From Octopus sinensis (lineage: Eukaryota): 64,000 nucleotides of DNA. Each line of letters opens with the position of its first letter. Position 1 is the first letter of the stretch. Below the pieces are notes generated by a model. The model was not told where the DNA came from. It ran no database searches and was given only the letters and a program-made list of their open reading frames with translations. A program made the translations under genes and the position numbers. Where the stretch lies: the NCBI RefSeq assembly GCF_006345805.1, contig NC_043008.1, forward strand, positions 11,904,001 to 11,968,000, written 5' to 3'. Shown here piece by piece: positions 12,772 to 26,120 of the stretch.

Positions 12772-13039
12772 TAAATGTTATTTTAACCAAAGACTGACAG
12801 ATTTTTTTTTTCAAAATGACACCGATAGAAATATTGGATAAACGCAACCGATTAAGAGAGAATGAAGTAAGAGAAATAGTAAATATGTGTGTGTGGGTGA
12901 GAGAGAGAGAGAGAGAGTTATGAGAGGTAACATTGTATGAGAGAGCGAGTTCAATGCGTAATGTATATATGTATATATACGTGAGCGAGAAATATCAAAG
13001 TAACACCCTAGTCGCATATATATATATATAATAAAAATA

Positions 13040-13289
13040 GATGCACCCTTTTAAAGCCTAGCCAGGCTCGGTTCCCGGTTTCTATGGCGTATGTGTTCCC
13101 CAGCTGGACGGGACACCAGTCCATCGCAGCGTTACTCATTTTTGCCAGCTGAGTGGACTGGAGCAACGTGAAATGAAGTGTTTTGCTCAAGGACACAATG
13201 TCTTGTCTGGTCCAGGAAGCGAAACCACAATCCGGAACCATGTGGTTGGTATACCAGCTACTTACCACACAGCCACTCCTGCGCCTATA
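13040..13289 (-). mobile_element. Chimeric SINE (family A head plus family C-like body)
   Basis: rc ggcgcaggagtggctgtgtggtaagtagc head joined to tgtccttgagcaaaacac...gcgatggactggtgtcccgtccagctggggaacacatacgcc. Confidence 0.75.
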
Positions 13290-14338
13290 AATATACATAC
13301 ATACACACACACACACACACTCAAATGTATGCTTTATGAAATCAATTGAAGCGAACTCAATATGTACCGATCCAGGGAGATACTATAGAGTTGTTTATCT
13401 TAAACATTTCCATATGACTCCTATTATTCAATGCGGTGAGGCAGAACGCAGATTACGTCACAGTGGTCATAAAGCAACTACCCACTCCCTTAAATTATAA
13501 ATGCAAACAGCAATCCCTGGCCATATCGCTGTTCACCTATCGTGGTGTATTATTTAAGTTTTGCGCCGACTCCTCTCGCGGTGTTGTTTTGCATTTGTAA
13601 TAAAATAAATATATGCAAATTATAAAAATATTGAAAAATCCAATATAAAGTACGGTATTATTACTACTTCACGGATTTTCACGTATCGCGGAGGTTTCTT
13701 GAACGTAACACCCGCGATAACTGAGAGATTACATTATATATATTTGTTTATTGGTTTGTTTGTGTGAATGTATGTGCGTACGTGTGCGTATGTGTGTGTA
13801 CTTGTGTGTGTGTGTACGTATATGCGGGTGCATGTATGTAGTTGTGAATGTGTGGGTGTACGTGTGGGTGACTGCTGTTTCCGCGTTTGTCGGTACAATC
13901 AAAAGGTTCCTTCTGGTTTATTATTCTTTTATATATATATAAACCTACTCACTGGCCAGTCAGTGCAACATGATTGATCTGCGCAGGCAATCTATGCCAA
14001 AAGAGGACAACTCCCGTGTCTGCCCGTCGGAAGAGATCGATATATGTGTCTCTATATACATACACACTCGCATACATACATACATACATACACGCAAACA
14101 CCTACATACATACATACATACATACATACATACATGCATACATACGTTCATGCATGCATATATACATACATACAAACGGCGGTGCATCAGCATGGCCGCA
14201 GCTCTGAGCTGAAACTTTAAGAAAAAACATATACACATACATACATATTAGCATACATACATTCATGTATGCATATATACATATACTCATACATACATAC
14301 TGGCATTCCCTACATACAAACATACATACATACATACA

Positions 14339-14371
<33 letters not shown>

Positions 14372-14964
14372 TCATGCATGCATATATACATACTTACATA
14401 CGCAATAAAGATTAATACCAAATTTGTCTTCTGTTTCCTTAATCGGAGCTCCTGAAATAGATCCAACGGAAATATACCCCAACTGCGGATGACACCAGGT
14501 CGCCCAAACCGTAGTAGTGCTTTACTCAACACATCAACACACCAACTGACATATAACCTTTACTCCCCAAAATTATATACATACGGACACACACAAAGAT
14601 ACATACACACACTTATGTATATATATATATATATATATGCATATATATAGAGACAAGTAATATATATGTATACGTATATTATATCCACACATATATATGT
14701 ATATATATACACACACACATATATATTTATATACATATATATAGATACATATATATAGTACATATATATATATATAATATATATAGATATATATATATAT
14801 ATATTATATAACTTTGGAGCCACGTATTTTAATCGTTAGGATGTTGTACGCTACATTTTAAGGTTGTAGTTCAAATTCCAGTACCGGGAGATGAGCTGTG
14901 CTCTTAAGCAAAAATATTATTTCATGTTTACTGCAGTCTACTCTGCGGGCATAAATGGGGAATC

Positions 14965-15018
<54 letters not shown>

Positions 15019-15091
15019 GTATATATATATATCTATATATGTATGTATATATATATATATATGTATGTATACATTTAAATGTATGTATATA

Positions 15092-15130
<39 letters not shown>

Positions 15131-15912
15131 AATTAAGTCAAGACAAATAGTAAGGCCTTGCGATCATTTAATACGGAAGTTTCAGTGCATTATATCTCTT
15201 ATTATAAAAGGCAGATTTTATCTGCCTCCCTTTGTCACTTATAGAAATCTACAATATAGGATTTCTTCAATTACAATTTACCAAGCATTTTTAAGAGTAG
15301 AATGCATCGGGTCATGCGAGGTCCAGTTTTTAAAATTTAAACTCCAATTAAGCAAAATTTACAGAAAACTCACATTCTGGTGTGTATGTCAAATGCTTTT
15401 CTTAGTCTGGTTTACAGCACACGCAAACGCACACACACAGTGTGCAACGAATAAAGTGATACTAATTCACTGGGTGTGTGTTGACAGGTAGACAATAGAA
15501 TGCGATGGCGATGTTGTAATATTGTTTCTCTCTATGACGCTCATAAAAGCATTGATGTACAAGTGTGCGTGCGTGAGTGTGTGTGTGTGTCATTCCTCAC
15601 ACACACGCATACACATACATATATGAGAGTGGCAAACACAAACGTTTCAAACAACTACATACAAACACGTGTGTGTTTGTTATTAGGAAAAAAGGCGCCA
15701 AAACACAACTCATTATCATTCCAACACATTTGCAAAGACACACGGACGGTCGAATAACAATACAGAAAAGGTAAATGGTTTTTATTTTACTCTGTATATA
15801 TTTTATTATATAATATTATATATAGATATATGTATATATAATTGCAGTATGAAACAGTGTTTATGTAAAACAGACGACACTTATATAGTTATTAATAAAT
15901 GTATGCATCCGT

Positions 15913-16978
15913 TTAAACCCTTCGTTACCAAACCGCCCGAAAAAATGTGGTTAATGTGACCAAGCGCCCCCGAATTTACCTATTCATATTTAAATGAGAA
16001 TATCAGAGTAAATCTCTTAGAACATTCGTGAAAACACGTATTATACTTCGTAAACAGTTCAACTACAGTTTTGTACAAAAATCGAAGTGTAATTTTAATT
16101 CCGTGAATTATGGGAGATGTTTTCAGAAATTTGTTCCTATTGTTTTTCAAAATTTCTAATTCTGACAAAAAATGGATACGAATTTCATTTATCAAGCAGC
16201 GAGTCAGAATTCGAAGGATATTATCTGAAGACCTTCATAAATCTAACTCTATGACTGAAACAAAAAGCATTGGTATTTGATCTCAACCTAAACAAAGCGA
16301 AAGAAACGATAGTTTGTTATTTCCCACAACCTTAAATGAAATTAAGGCCTATTTTGCCATAAATATTATTATGGGTATTAGAAAGTTACCCAGAATAACA
16401 AATTCTATCGTAAAATTTTGTTGTATACCCAAGGCGCAATGGGTATAATTGGAGGCGCAATGGCCTAGTGGTTAGGGCAGCGGACTTGCGGTCGGAGGAT
16501 CGCGGTTTCGATTCCCAGGGCGGGCGTTGTGTGTGTTTATTAAGCGAAAAACACCTAAAAGCTCCACGAGGCCTCCGGCAGGAGGTGGTGATCCTGCTGT
16601 ACTCTTTCACCACTCTAAGGCGGTGCTCCAGCATGGCCGCAGTCAAATGACTGAAACAAGTACAAAAAAAAAAAAATGAATATTAGCTAATAACCCATTT
16701 TCTATAGCGATGTTTGAACAAAATTTTAATAATTTTATATATTGTTGAATTTACCTGTATCTACCTGCAATTAGAGTCACTTTGTGACAAAAAATATAGT
16801 ATAGAATTGGTTGAGAACATTTCACTAAATTATCTTCCAAAAATCAGATTAATATATTCATAAATAAAAAAGTTATAGTTGTTTAATGAAACCAGACTAA
16901 ATTTATGATTACGTTAGAAATTAATTGAAACACATAAGGGGTATATTTTGGTCAGAAATATAGTAACGAAAGGGTTAA
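15913..16978 (+). mobile_element. Internally deleted piggyBac-like element with nested SINE
   Basis: TTAA at both ends with TIR (a/c)cc(c/t)ttcgttac. Residual transposase frame FPTTLNEIKAYFAINIIMGIRKLPRI at ~16320-16400. Confidence 0.78.
16451..16677 (+). mobile_element. Chimeric SINE (family C head plus family A tail)
   Basis: ggaggcgcaatggcctagtgg (A box)...ggtttcgattcc (B box), ending in aaggcggtgctccagcatggccgcagtcaaatgactgaaacaag plus poly-A. Confidence 0.85.
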
Positions 16979-17085
16979 GAAAAACAAAAAATATTTTATT
17001 CTTTGTAAATGTTGTGTTCAAAATAACATTTTCTTTTAAGAATGTGTATATAACAAAGTATGTGTATATAACTACGTGGCTTATA

Positions 17086-17478
17086 TCTTTATATATAAGA
17101 GTGAAGTTGTGTGTCTGACTCTACGATTTAGATTCGTAACTACTCCCACATTTTGCGGTGCAGTTTAACCAAAAGCGGGTATCTTATAGTCGTGATTCAT
17201 ATCGAGCCCTTCTGGGTATTATCGCGCGTCTACAATGAGTCTACGATTTAAAAAAATTTACCATCATATTTTTCCATTTTAATGCATATTTTTCGTTATT
17301 ATATAAGGAAGTAACTCTCTAAAATATCTACGATGTGTCAACGATTTAAAAAAAAAATTACCTTAATTTTTTTCAATATTTAATGCATTTTTTTGCTATT
17401 TTTTGGCTATAACTCTCTAAAAATGCTTATATAGTTATTTCCCTTACAAACCCGAGCAACGCCGGGCGATACTGCTAG
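17086..17478 (+). mobile_element. Non-autonomous Helitron, family H1
   Basis: A|TC 5' end; 3' GC hairpin cccgagcaacgccggg (17451-66) followed by CTAG|T. Confidence 0.88.
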
Positions 17479-17730
17479 TATAATATAAAATGCTCCCATT
17501 ATGTAAACTTTCGTCAGTCAACGCGTACCAGTATATATATATATATATATATAATAATAAATATTAGGGAATAAATCCAAATTTACAGGGAAAAAATCAG
17601 ATTTAGGATTAAATCCAATTTTATAGTAAAATATTATAAAATATTATTAGAGACAAAACCACTATTTCCAAAACAAACAAGGAAAGACTTAATCAATACA
17701 TAAAATTTTAATAAATAGTCAAAAAAACCG

Positions 17731-17772
17731 CACTACAATTGTTTCTTGTCTTGATCGACAATCTTCAGGTGG
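17731..17772 (-). ncRNA. Minimal hammerhead ribozyme motif (left arm copy)
   Basis: rc CCAC-CTGAAGA-TTGTC gatcaa GACAA-GAAAC-AATT-GTA|GTG. Confidence 0.75.
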
Positions 17773-19764
17773 ACTTCCAATCTAAAATATCAATATTTTA
17801 AAATATAAAAATAATAATTTTAAAATAATTAAAGTATGAATGAAAAAATATAATATATAATCCATATATAACCTATATATAATCCATATATAATCAATAT
17901 AAAACATATATAAACTAAAATAACCTATCAACAATTAAATATAAAATATAAAATATAAAATATAAAATATAAAACAAAACAAAAAAATAATAATAATATA
18001 ATAATAAACTATATATACACCCATACACATATACCTAATTATATATACCATATCTAACTACATACACAAATCACACCCCTATATATATATCCTATACATA
18101 CACATAAAAACGTCTAGGCAACTATAAATAAATAAAATAGCTAAATACTTCAACACAATATTATTCATACCCCACACACACACCACACATACAACCACAT
18201 TCACGCTCTAGAAAACGGACATCACTTAAAATTATGAACGGAGAAATAGAATAAATGAATTAAAAATTATATTCACTTGGTAAAACGAACACTACTTAAA
18301 AATTATGAATGAAACAATGCATAAAACAACAGACATCGCAAATAGACACAAATTACTACGAATTCCTTACAAACCTACCATGATAAACCAAAACTCATAA
18401 AAACATATAATGATAAAATCTCCCTTTACTAACTCTATAACATACCTATATAGCAATCCCCCTAACCTAAACATTCACACACAAATACACACACGTAAAC
18501 CAACACCCACGACATATACAAATACCCACACCACTTACACATACCTATACATACATATAAACCTCAACATATACTCCAAAAACCCACTCAACCCCACCAC
18601 AGACAAAAAACACACAAAATTATGAATGGATTCTTTTATAAAACTACATGATAAGCTAAAACTCACAAAACATAAATGATAAAACATCCCTTTACTAAAC
18701 ACTATAACATGTGTGTGTGTGGGGTGTTGTGAGTGGGGTGGGTGTGTTTGTATTTGTTATGGGTGTGTGGTTTACGTGTGGTATTTGTGTGTGAATGTAT
18801 AGGTTAAAGGGATTGCTATATAAGTATGTTATAGTGTTTAGTAAAGGGAGGTTTTATCATTTATGTTTTGTGAGTTTTAGCTTATCATGGTAGTTTTATA
18901 AAAGAATCCATTCATAATTTTTGTGTTTATTTGTCTGTGTGGGTTGAGTGGGTTTTTGGAGTATATGTTGAGGTTTATATGTATGTATAGGTATGTGTAA
19001 GTGGTGTGGGTATTTGTATATGTCGTGGGTGTGTGGTTTACGTGTGTGTATTTGTGTGTGAATGTTTAGGTTAGGGGGATTGCTATATAGGTATGTTATA
19101 GAGTTTAGTAAAGGCAGATTTATCATTATATGTTTTTATGAGTTTTGGTTTATCATGGTAGGTTTGTTAAGGAATTCGTAGTAATTGTGTCTATTTGCGA
19201 TGTCTGTTGTTTTATTGCATTGTTTCATTCATAATTTTTAAGTAGTGTTCGTTTTACCAAGTGAATATAATTTTTAATTCCATTTATTCTACTTCTCCGT
19301 TCATAATTTTAAGTGATGTCCGTTTTCTAGAGCGTGAATGTGGGTTGTATTGTGTGTGTGTGGGAGTATGAATAGTATTGTTTGAAGTATTTAGCTATTT
19401 TATTTATTTATAGTTGCCTAGACGTTTTTATGTGTATGTATAGGGATATATATATAGGGGTGTGATTTAGTGTATGTAGTTAGATATGGTTATATATAAT
19501 TAGGTATATGTGTATGGGTGTATATATAGTTTATTATTATATATATTATTTTTTGTTTTGTTTTATATTTTATATTTTATATTTTATATTTTATATTTAA
19601 TTGTTGATAGGTTTATTTTAGTTTATATATTGTTTATATATTGATTATATATGGATTATATATAGGTTAATATGGATTATATATTTATATTTTTTCATTC
19701 ATACTTTAATTATTTAAAATTATTATTTTTATATTTTAAAATATTGATATTTTAGATTGGAAGT

Positions 19765-19807
19765 CCACCTGAAGATTGTCGATCAAGACAAGAAACAATT
19801 GTAGTGG
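19765..19807 (+). ncRNA. Minimal hammerhead ribozyme motif (right arm copy)
   Basis: Stem I CCAC/GTGG, core CTGAAGA 19769-75, 5-bp stem II TTGTC/GACAA, GAAA 19792-95, palindromic stem III ACAATTGT, GUA triplet 19801-03. Confidence 0.8.
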
Positions 19808-21558
19808 CGGTTATTTTGACTATTTATTAAAATTTTATGTATTGATTAAGTCTTTCCTTGTTTGTTTTGCAAAATAGTGGTTTTGTCTCTAATAATTTTA
19901 TATATATATATATATATCCTGCTGGTTCCAACTATTGATGTAGGAAGGAACTTTAGCTAGCAAAAGGAAAATCTTCGCTACCACATTAAAATATTATTAA
20001 AGTTTTTACCGTTACTACAAAAAATAGACATTAAAAATAAACATAAAAAAAAAAAATTATATTTATATGTATGTGTGTTTTTGTGTAAGTTTGCAAGCAT
20101 GAGTGTGCGTGCACGTGCGCGTGCTTATGTATTTTAAGAAGTTTAACTGTTTTGGGGCCAGTTAACCCACACGCACACATATATATGTGTGCATGTTTAT
20201 GTATGTGTGACGTATACCTGTTTCTGATTACCGGTGTAGACCGATATATTCCTATGTTCTGTTATTATAAATGGTATGTAGCATTATAGTTTGATCCATA
20301 CATCTAAATACTATAATTGCAATTGAAAACTTTTCCGCTGGTTACATGGTGAACGGTGCCCTTTGATGACCGCAATCTAATGCTTGAAAGCAATACGATA
20401 TTCAATTTATAAAAAGATTTCTAATGCATTGTACATTAATATGCAGTATAATACACATGTGTCTATTATATTTAGAAGAGTTTTAGAAGATGGAAATATT
20501 TGAGTCTATTTGAAATGGTTTCTCTTTTGGACAAAGTAAATATATCAGTTTATCACCGGATATTTTATTGATTTCTGTAAATATTCTTTAATGATTCGTA
20601 ATTACTGTGGCAATGATAAAGCGCTTCCTGTCTTTCTCTTGTATGAAGTACATTTTTCAGAATTTATTTTGCCTTTTAATACTAGTCTTGCCATCGTTCA
20701 ATGACATTCGCCGTAATTTCACATTTCCATAATTATCAAATATAACAATGGCTGCTTCAATTTCTAATTGACAATTGAAATTTCATTGCTGTCTTAACGA
20801 AACCCCTGAGGATATATCTTTAGTTTTGCTTTAGAATATTAATTCTCTTTATCAGTGTCGACTCCAACATGAAAATATCATCGGTGATTTTCAGTAAGAA
20901 TAATTTGCAGAGGTTAAATATCGATTAGCCTACATTGAACGAAAAATCCCAATAATTGTAATAAGACTTGCAACATTGCTATCGGATAATGCCATTTGCG
21001 TGCTATTATCGAAAATAACCTATTGCAAATTGTTAATACGATTTAGTCAAATGAGTAAGCCTAGTTAGCACCAATGACCGTTGCATGACCTCGGAGACAG
21101 ATGCAACGGGAAGAAACTACGAGAGAAATTGATTTGAATCTTCTTATTAAGCCGGCGGGAAATCAGCCGTCTTGACTGGGCATCCCCAACAAATATAGCA
21201 GCCTCTTGTGATATTACACATGGTGCCTTTCTGACATTGTATGCATTAGAGATTTCTAGGACTTGATAGCTCCGAAATATTCGATTCAGAAATACTCAGA
21301 AGTTTGTTGTTATTCATATAAAAATACTTGAGAAGCAACTAATTTTTCTCCAATTATATTTCACACCAGAAAAATGAATAATTTCTGTTAGTACATGAAC
21401 TGAATAGCATTTTATGTATAAATGGATATAGTTTTTAGGAAGTTAAAAGTTACAGACGATCATAGAGTGATCATTGGTTTCGCACCAATACAGCGCTTAA
21501 CAGTATAGATGATATACCAGACTCATGTGGCTGAAGGCGCATACAACTACCGACCATA

Positions 21559-21617
<59 letters not shown>

Positions 21618-22242
21618 ATATATATATATAGGGAGAGAGAGAGGGGGAGGGAGAGAGAGAAAGAGAAATAGAGAGAGAGGTGGGGGCAGATGGAAGGATA
21701 GATATATAGATAGATGTACAGATAATAGATGGTCTTAAAATATAGAGTATATTACTGATTTAAAAATCATTAACCTACGATAGGTGGCCTTGTTTTTTCT
21801 TCTCTTTCCTTTTCTCCTAGGTGGTGTCCTTGGGACAGCGAGACCTGTGTACAATAAGTGTGTTGACCCGAAACTAAACTTTAAGACCAATTACTTTAAA
21901 ATGATTCCGATCACTTTGCAATCAGAATTATGTACCTAACTGCAATATATTTTGCTCTTTAGGAGGTTGATGTATATTTACAGTTCCTCAGTTGCTAAAG
22001 TTTAAACAAAACCCCGTGCTAGGAATCCATCGTGTTTTCTAATTTAATATATAATCGAAACAACCCCAATCTAGACCCCACATTACTTCTTACTGATAAA
22101 TCAACCACGAGTTCAACTCTCCCCTTATACAAAATATCTCCAGCCTCATTTATTGTTCATGTTTTCTATCTTGTCTCTTTTCTCGAGCTTTATTCCACTT
22201 TTAGTGCATTTCATCCCTCATTTATATTATACCTATTTCTTT

Positions 22243-22467
22243 ATTACCCATAAGGAGCTAAACACAGGAAGGAGAAACGAGGACAGACAAAGGGATGAAG
22301 TCGATTATATCGACCCCAGTGCGTAACTGGTACTTATTTAATCGACTCCGAAAGGATGAAAGGCAAAGTCGACCTCGGCAGAATTTGAACTCAGAACGTA
22401 GCCGTAGACGAAATAATGCTAAGCATTTCGCCCGGCGTGCTAACGATTCTGCCAGCTCGCCGCTCTT
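22243..22467 (-). mobile_element. SINE family B
   Basis: Reverse complement of the family B consensus. Confidence 0.88.
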
Positions 22468-22771
22468 CCCTCTTTTACCTTATACCCGTTACCAAGACAT
22501 CGAGTTACTCTCATTCGGGTAAAGAACTCAAACTGATATGAAATAACTTTAAAACACAGTTCAACATCTGACTTTTCTCGCTTTCTTTCCTTCTCTCGAA
22601 CTCTCATTCATTACATATTCTTCCGCTATAACAATTGTCTCTATCCCTCGGTTCTGAGTGGTTTCGTGAAGTCCTCTCACGGATACCTCGAATAATTTAT
22701 TTTTCATCCTATTACTCAAATAATATTATTTTATTTGTAATTTTCCTGGCCCACTAACAATAGCAAATACA

Positions 22772-23005
22772 TATTTCTTTACTACCCACAAGTGGCTAAA
22801 CACAGAGGGGACAAACAAGGACAGACAAACGGATTAAGTCGATTATATCGACCCCAGTGCGTAACTGGTTCTTATTTAATCGAGCTCGAAAGGATGAAAG
22901 GCAAAGTCGACCTCGGCGGAATTTGAACTCAGAACGTAGCGGCAGATGAAATACCGCTAAGCATTTCGCCCGGCGTGTTAACGTTTCTGCCAGCTCATCG
23001 CCATA
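22772..23005 (-). mobile_element. SINE family B
   Basis: Reverse complement of the family B consensus, near full length. Confidence 0.9.
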
Positions 23006-23811
23006 ACAAATACAACCTGCGCATCCTGAAAACGTTGGCTCTGACCAAATAACTGAACATAAAGAAAAACTTAAACATTCAGAAAATCTCTTTATGTGAC
23101 TACAATTCTTCTCATTAAAAGCAAAACGATACATTATTTAACAATAATACGTTACGTTTATCATCTTCCCAATTGAAGTGTCACGGCTAAACGAAGGTTA
23201 AAATTTGGAATCACTTCAAAAATATTTTCACAGTTAAACGTATAATTCCCCAGGTTTAAATTTCCATATGAATGTAATTATGTAGAATTACCAAGACGAT
23301 TGTGTATTGTTACAAGCATCAGATGAGCCAAGAATGCAAAGACGATTTAATTCCCTATTGAATCATTTCACTTGATATTGTATTCCTAAATACAATTCCA
23401 CTTTTCCATATAATAAAATCTATGATATAACAGACTTTACTTCAGCTTTTGATGTTTACTCAAATACTCGCTAAGTCTTATGAAAAATGTTCTGCTTCGC
23501 TCTCAGTTAAGATACAGAATATATCTTAGATGAATAGATCTTTGGATAGATTCAGCGTTTCTTCACAGAACTGGTGTTTGATTCAATCAGTAACATCTCT
23601 ACATCAGTTGATTCTTTGAACCGCATGTTTCTTGTTTTTCACTGAAAATAAGTGGCTTAGGTTTTCTTTCAAAATCATACAAGCTGCAAGCAACGTATTG
23701 TAAATGGTCACTGGCCCTATAAACGAGGTGGGTGCTGAAAAGTCCTTGCTTTTGAGTAATTCAAAATGCAGTTGGATCAATTAATTATGATTTTATTCAT
23801 AACTAACATAA

Positions 23812-24162
23812 CTAACAGGGTTGCTCGGGTTTGTTTCGACCCTTTAGAATTGGAATTTTTGAAATATAAAAGTTTTGCGTTATGTAGTTTGTTATTCTCT
23901 TTAAGTGAACATTTTTCTGGTTGAAATACACAGAAAAATGGCGACACAGCAGTCAAAAAATCGTAAAAAACAGGGATTTTCATAGAAAAAAGCACCTTAT
24001 TGATGTAAATAATTTTTGGTGTTAACATGGTCCGATTTGAATTTTTTCTTCTATGGATGGAAGAGCAAGCCTTCTTCTATCATACTCTCAATTTTGGTCA
24101 ACTTGCACCGCAGGGTCTCGGAGGAGATAATGTTAGTTGAAGGCTTCAGCTTTATATATAGA
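23812..24162 (-). mobile_element. Non-autonomous Helitron, family H2 (3' end degraded)
   Basis: Homologous to 25496-25814 and 60431-60808; 5' TC-tatatataaagctgaag; 3' hairpin partly deleted. Confidence 0.75.
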
Positions 24163-24684
24163 GAGATATAAGAAGACATTTCAATAGCTTTCTGCGCCAA
24201 AGAGAATACCTTGTGTTATTTCTTCTAAATTATTTTGCATTGAGTTCAAATTGCCGTGAGACCAAATTTACGTTTCGCCATCTTGTGATCGATAAAGCAA
24301 AGTATGATTAAGGTTTTGAGTTCGATACCATTATTTTACTCCTCTCCCTCACAAGATTATGGTTTGTTTCTGTTTATGTATGAAATAAATATATTCACAT
24401 AAGCATTAAAGTAAAACACATAATTGCAAGATGGAATCGAAACAGGATCGCCGCGATGTCATAACTGCAATGAAATGTACTTGAAATGCTTGACACATTC
24501 AGTCAGCATGAAAATAAAAGAAATCCTTAATGTGAGTCTCCTGACAGAAGTTAAATGTTATATAAATATAATTCAAACAAGCTGCCAGAAAAGAACACAC
24601 ACACACACATATTGGATTATGGTTAGAAATTAAATATATGAAAATAAACAAATGCTTACGCACAATAACTACATACGTAGACGC

Positions 24685-24721
<37 letters not shown>

Positions 24722-25385
24722 ACATGCATACATAAATACATATATACATATATATAAGTATGCATATATGTATATATGTACGTATGTTTATATATAGTTA
24801 TAATATATATATATATATGCCTATGTATATAGTGAATAAATATTGTATAAAAAATGACCGACATGGTCTGATGGCAAAACCATACACTACTTAAACATAA
24901 GGGAAAAGCTGGATGAATAAATCTGACAGTATTTGCGACGAGCGTATAAAAATGCCACAGATATACCGTAGGGAAGAGAAAAAAGGTTAGAATCTACAAT
25001 TGACTCTGCCACAAGTTGGCTGAACATTTTTGATAATGTATAAAAAAATGTATATATGACTATATGTGTGTGTATGTGTGTTTGTGTGTGTGTGCGCATG
25101 TATATATATATATATATTGTGAGTTACCGTTAAAGAAATACTGAAAGTAATGTATAGTTTTGTTATTTGTCTTTCTCGTGTTTTTGTCGATAGACTTTTT
25201 GTTGTAACTGAACTTATTTATGTTGTTGCTTCTTTGCTCCAGATATAACAGAACTGAAATTAGGTGATGCGATTAGAAGTATTCTACCGTAACCTTGCCG
25301 TCATCGTTTTAATACATACACACGTATACACACACACACACACACACACACACCACACACATATATATATATATATATATACACT

Positions 25386-25422
<37 letters not shown>

Positions 25423-25450
25423 TATATATATATATATTATATATATATAT

Positions 25451-25495
<45 letters not shown>

Positions 25496-25499
<4 letters not shown>

Positions 25500-25814
25500 C
25501 AGTTTCGCCCGGCGTTGCTCGGGTTTGTTTCGACCATTTACAAATGAATTTTTGAAAAGTAAAAATTCTGCATTAAGTGAACATTTTTCTGGTTGAAATA
25601 CACCGAAAATTGGCGACGCGGCAGTCAAAAATCGTAAAGAATAGGGATTTTCAGAGAAAAAAGGCACCTTTATGATGTAAATAATTTTTGGTGTTAACAT
25701 GGTCCGATTTGAATTTTATCTTCTACGTAATGAAGAGCAAACCTTCTTCTATCATACTCTCAATTTTTGTCAACTTGCGCCGCACACAGACAAGTTCGGC
25801 TTGATATATATAGA
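25496..25814 (-). mobile_element. Non-autonomous Helitron, family H2
   Basis: A|TC start at 25814; 3' cccgagcaacgccgggcg hairpin and CTAA|T (CTRR) end. Confidence 0.82.
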
Positions 25815-25900
25815 TATCAATACTTATATGAATATATTTATATTTGTACTAATGTATAAACACACACACACCACTCGGAATTTTTGTCTGGTTCCCAAAT

Positions 25901-26120
25901 CATCAAGTGCCGAAAATGAACTTTCTTATCTTCCAATTTAAAGGGTTACATAATTAACACAGGTACTAGGAACATAAATCTTCTTCCACGAAAAGATAGC
26001 TTAAACTGTGCTCTAAACGGAGGTATAGTCAAATCCTATTTTATGGACTCAACCATGTTCTAAAATAAGTCGAAATGTAAGCTACTATAACTCGGCACGA
26101 ACTTTTCGGACAACCCAATA
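25901..26120 (-). mobile_element. Mariner 5' end fragment (TIR, 5'UTR and first codons)
   Basis: TA-ttgggttgtccgaaaagttcgtgccga TIR; closely similar to 32450-32668. Confidence 0.85.

Larger units (their letters stand above)
17637..19899. repeat. Large inverted repeat (arms ~17637-18709 and ~18826-19899)
   Basis: The right arm is the reverse complement of the left, differing mainly by single-base indels. Each arm contains an internal ~265-bp tandem duplication. (TA)n lies outside both arms. Confidence 0.9.
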
